A DNA stretch of 64,000 bases from positions 79,411-143,410 of the forward strand of contig JAKQKX010000073.1 in NCBI GenBank assembly GCA_029560465.1, written 5' to 3'. Source of the stretch: Candidatus Omnitrophota bacterium (GTDB lineage: Bacteria > Omnitrophota > Gorgyraeia > Zapsychrales > JANLHA01). Below are more model-generated notes on this DNA. The model saw only the letters and a program-made list of their open reading frames with translations, made no database searches and had not been told where the DNA came from. The letters are not shown here. Position 1 is the stretch's first letter.

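Noticed and set aside
24327-64000. Possibility that the 39.7-kb region is several adjacent genes or a frameshift-interrupted pseudogene rather than one ORF
   Set aside because: Codon phase (position mod 3 = 0) is identical at motifs checked near 24.8, 25.3, 52.1-52.2 and 53.4 kb. The ORF track reports no terminated + strand ORF over 125 aa in the whole span, which would be unavoidable if several stop-terminated genes were present. Short + strand ORFs such as 28381..28758 and 34279..34521 are alternate-frame shadows.

Overview
This 64-kb window has three parts.

- **Housekeeping block (1–4.6 kb):** the 3' end of gyrA (GyrA-box QKRGGKG), a tRNA-Glu(UUC), a carbon-nitrogen hydrolase, malate dehydrogenase and a SurA/PrsA-like PPIase lipoprotein.
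- **Tad/Flp-type pilus-secretion locus (4.6–23.6 kb):** CpaB/RcpC, a secretin carrying a C-terminal TonB_C-like domain, a single-polypeptide CpaE(TadZ)-CpaF(TadA) ATPase, a DUF192 protein, an array of eight Flp-type pilin paralogs (G/XXXXEY processing motif), Cys-rich TadE/TadG-like large pseudopilin/adhesin candidates (571, 99 and 1348 aa), and TadB and TadC.
- **Giant gene (24.3–64.0 kb):** a near-consensus sigma70 promoter and a structured leader with a terminator-like hairpin precede a single uninterrupted + strand reading frame from 24327 to the window end. It is at least 13,224 codons with no in-frame stop. I verified frame continuity at several points. The six-frame track omits it because it runs off the window edge.

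The giant protein carries, in order: a basic N-terminus and TM anchor; a C39/papain-like Cys-His peptidase-like domain; two blocks of Gly/Ala-rich hydrophobic helices; tandem ~175-aa repeats; a protein-kinase-like motif with a non-canonical catalytic loop; two SAM-methyltransferase motifs; two GGDEF domains (GGEEF) with large repeat-bearing insertions; recurrent 'SSPI' linker motifs; and Met/Gln-rich and C-terminal tandem repeats.

A giant gene directly downstream of a Tad/T2SS-like pilus locus matches, as I recall, the arrangement reported for Omnitrophota-type giant genes. That taxonomic link is inference only.

Coordinates of motifs inside the giant gene are approximate, within about 30 nt.
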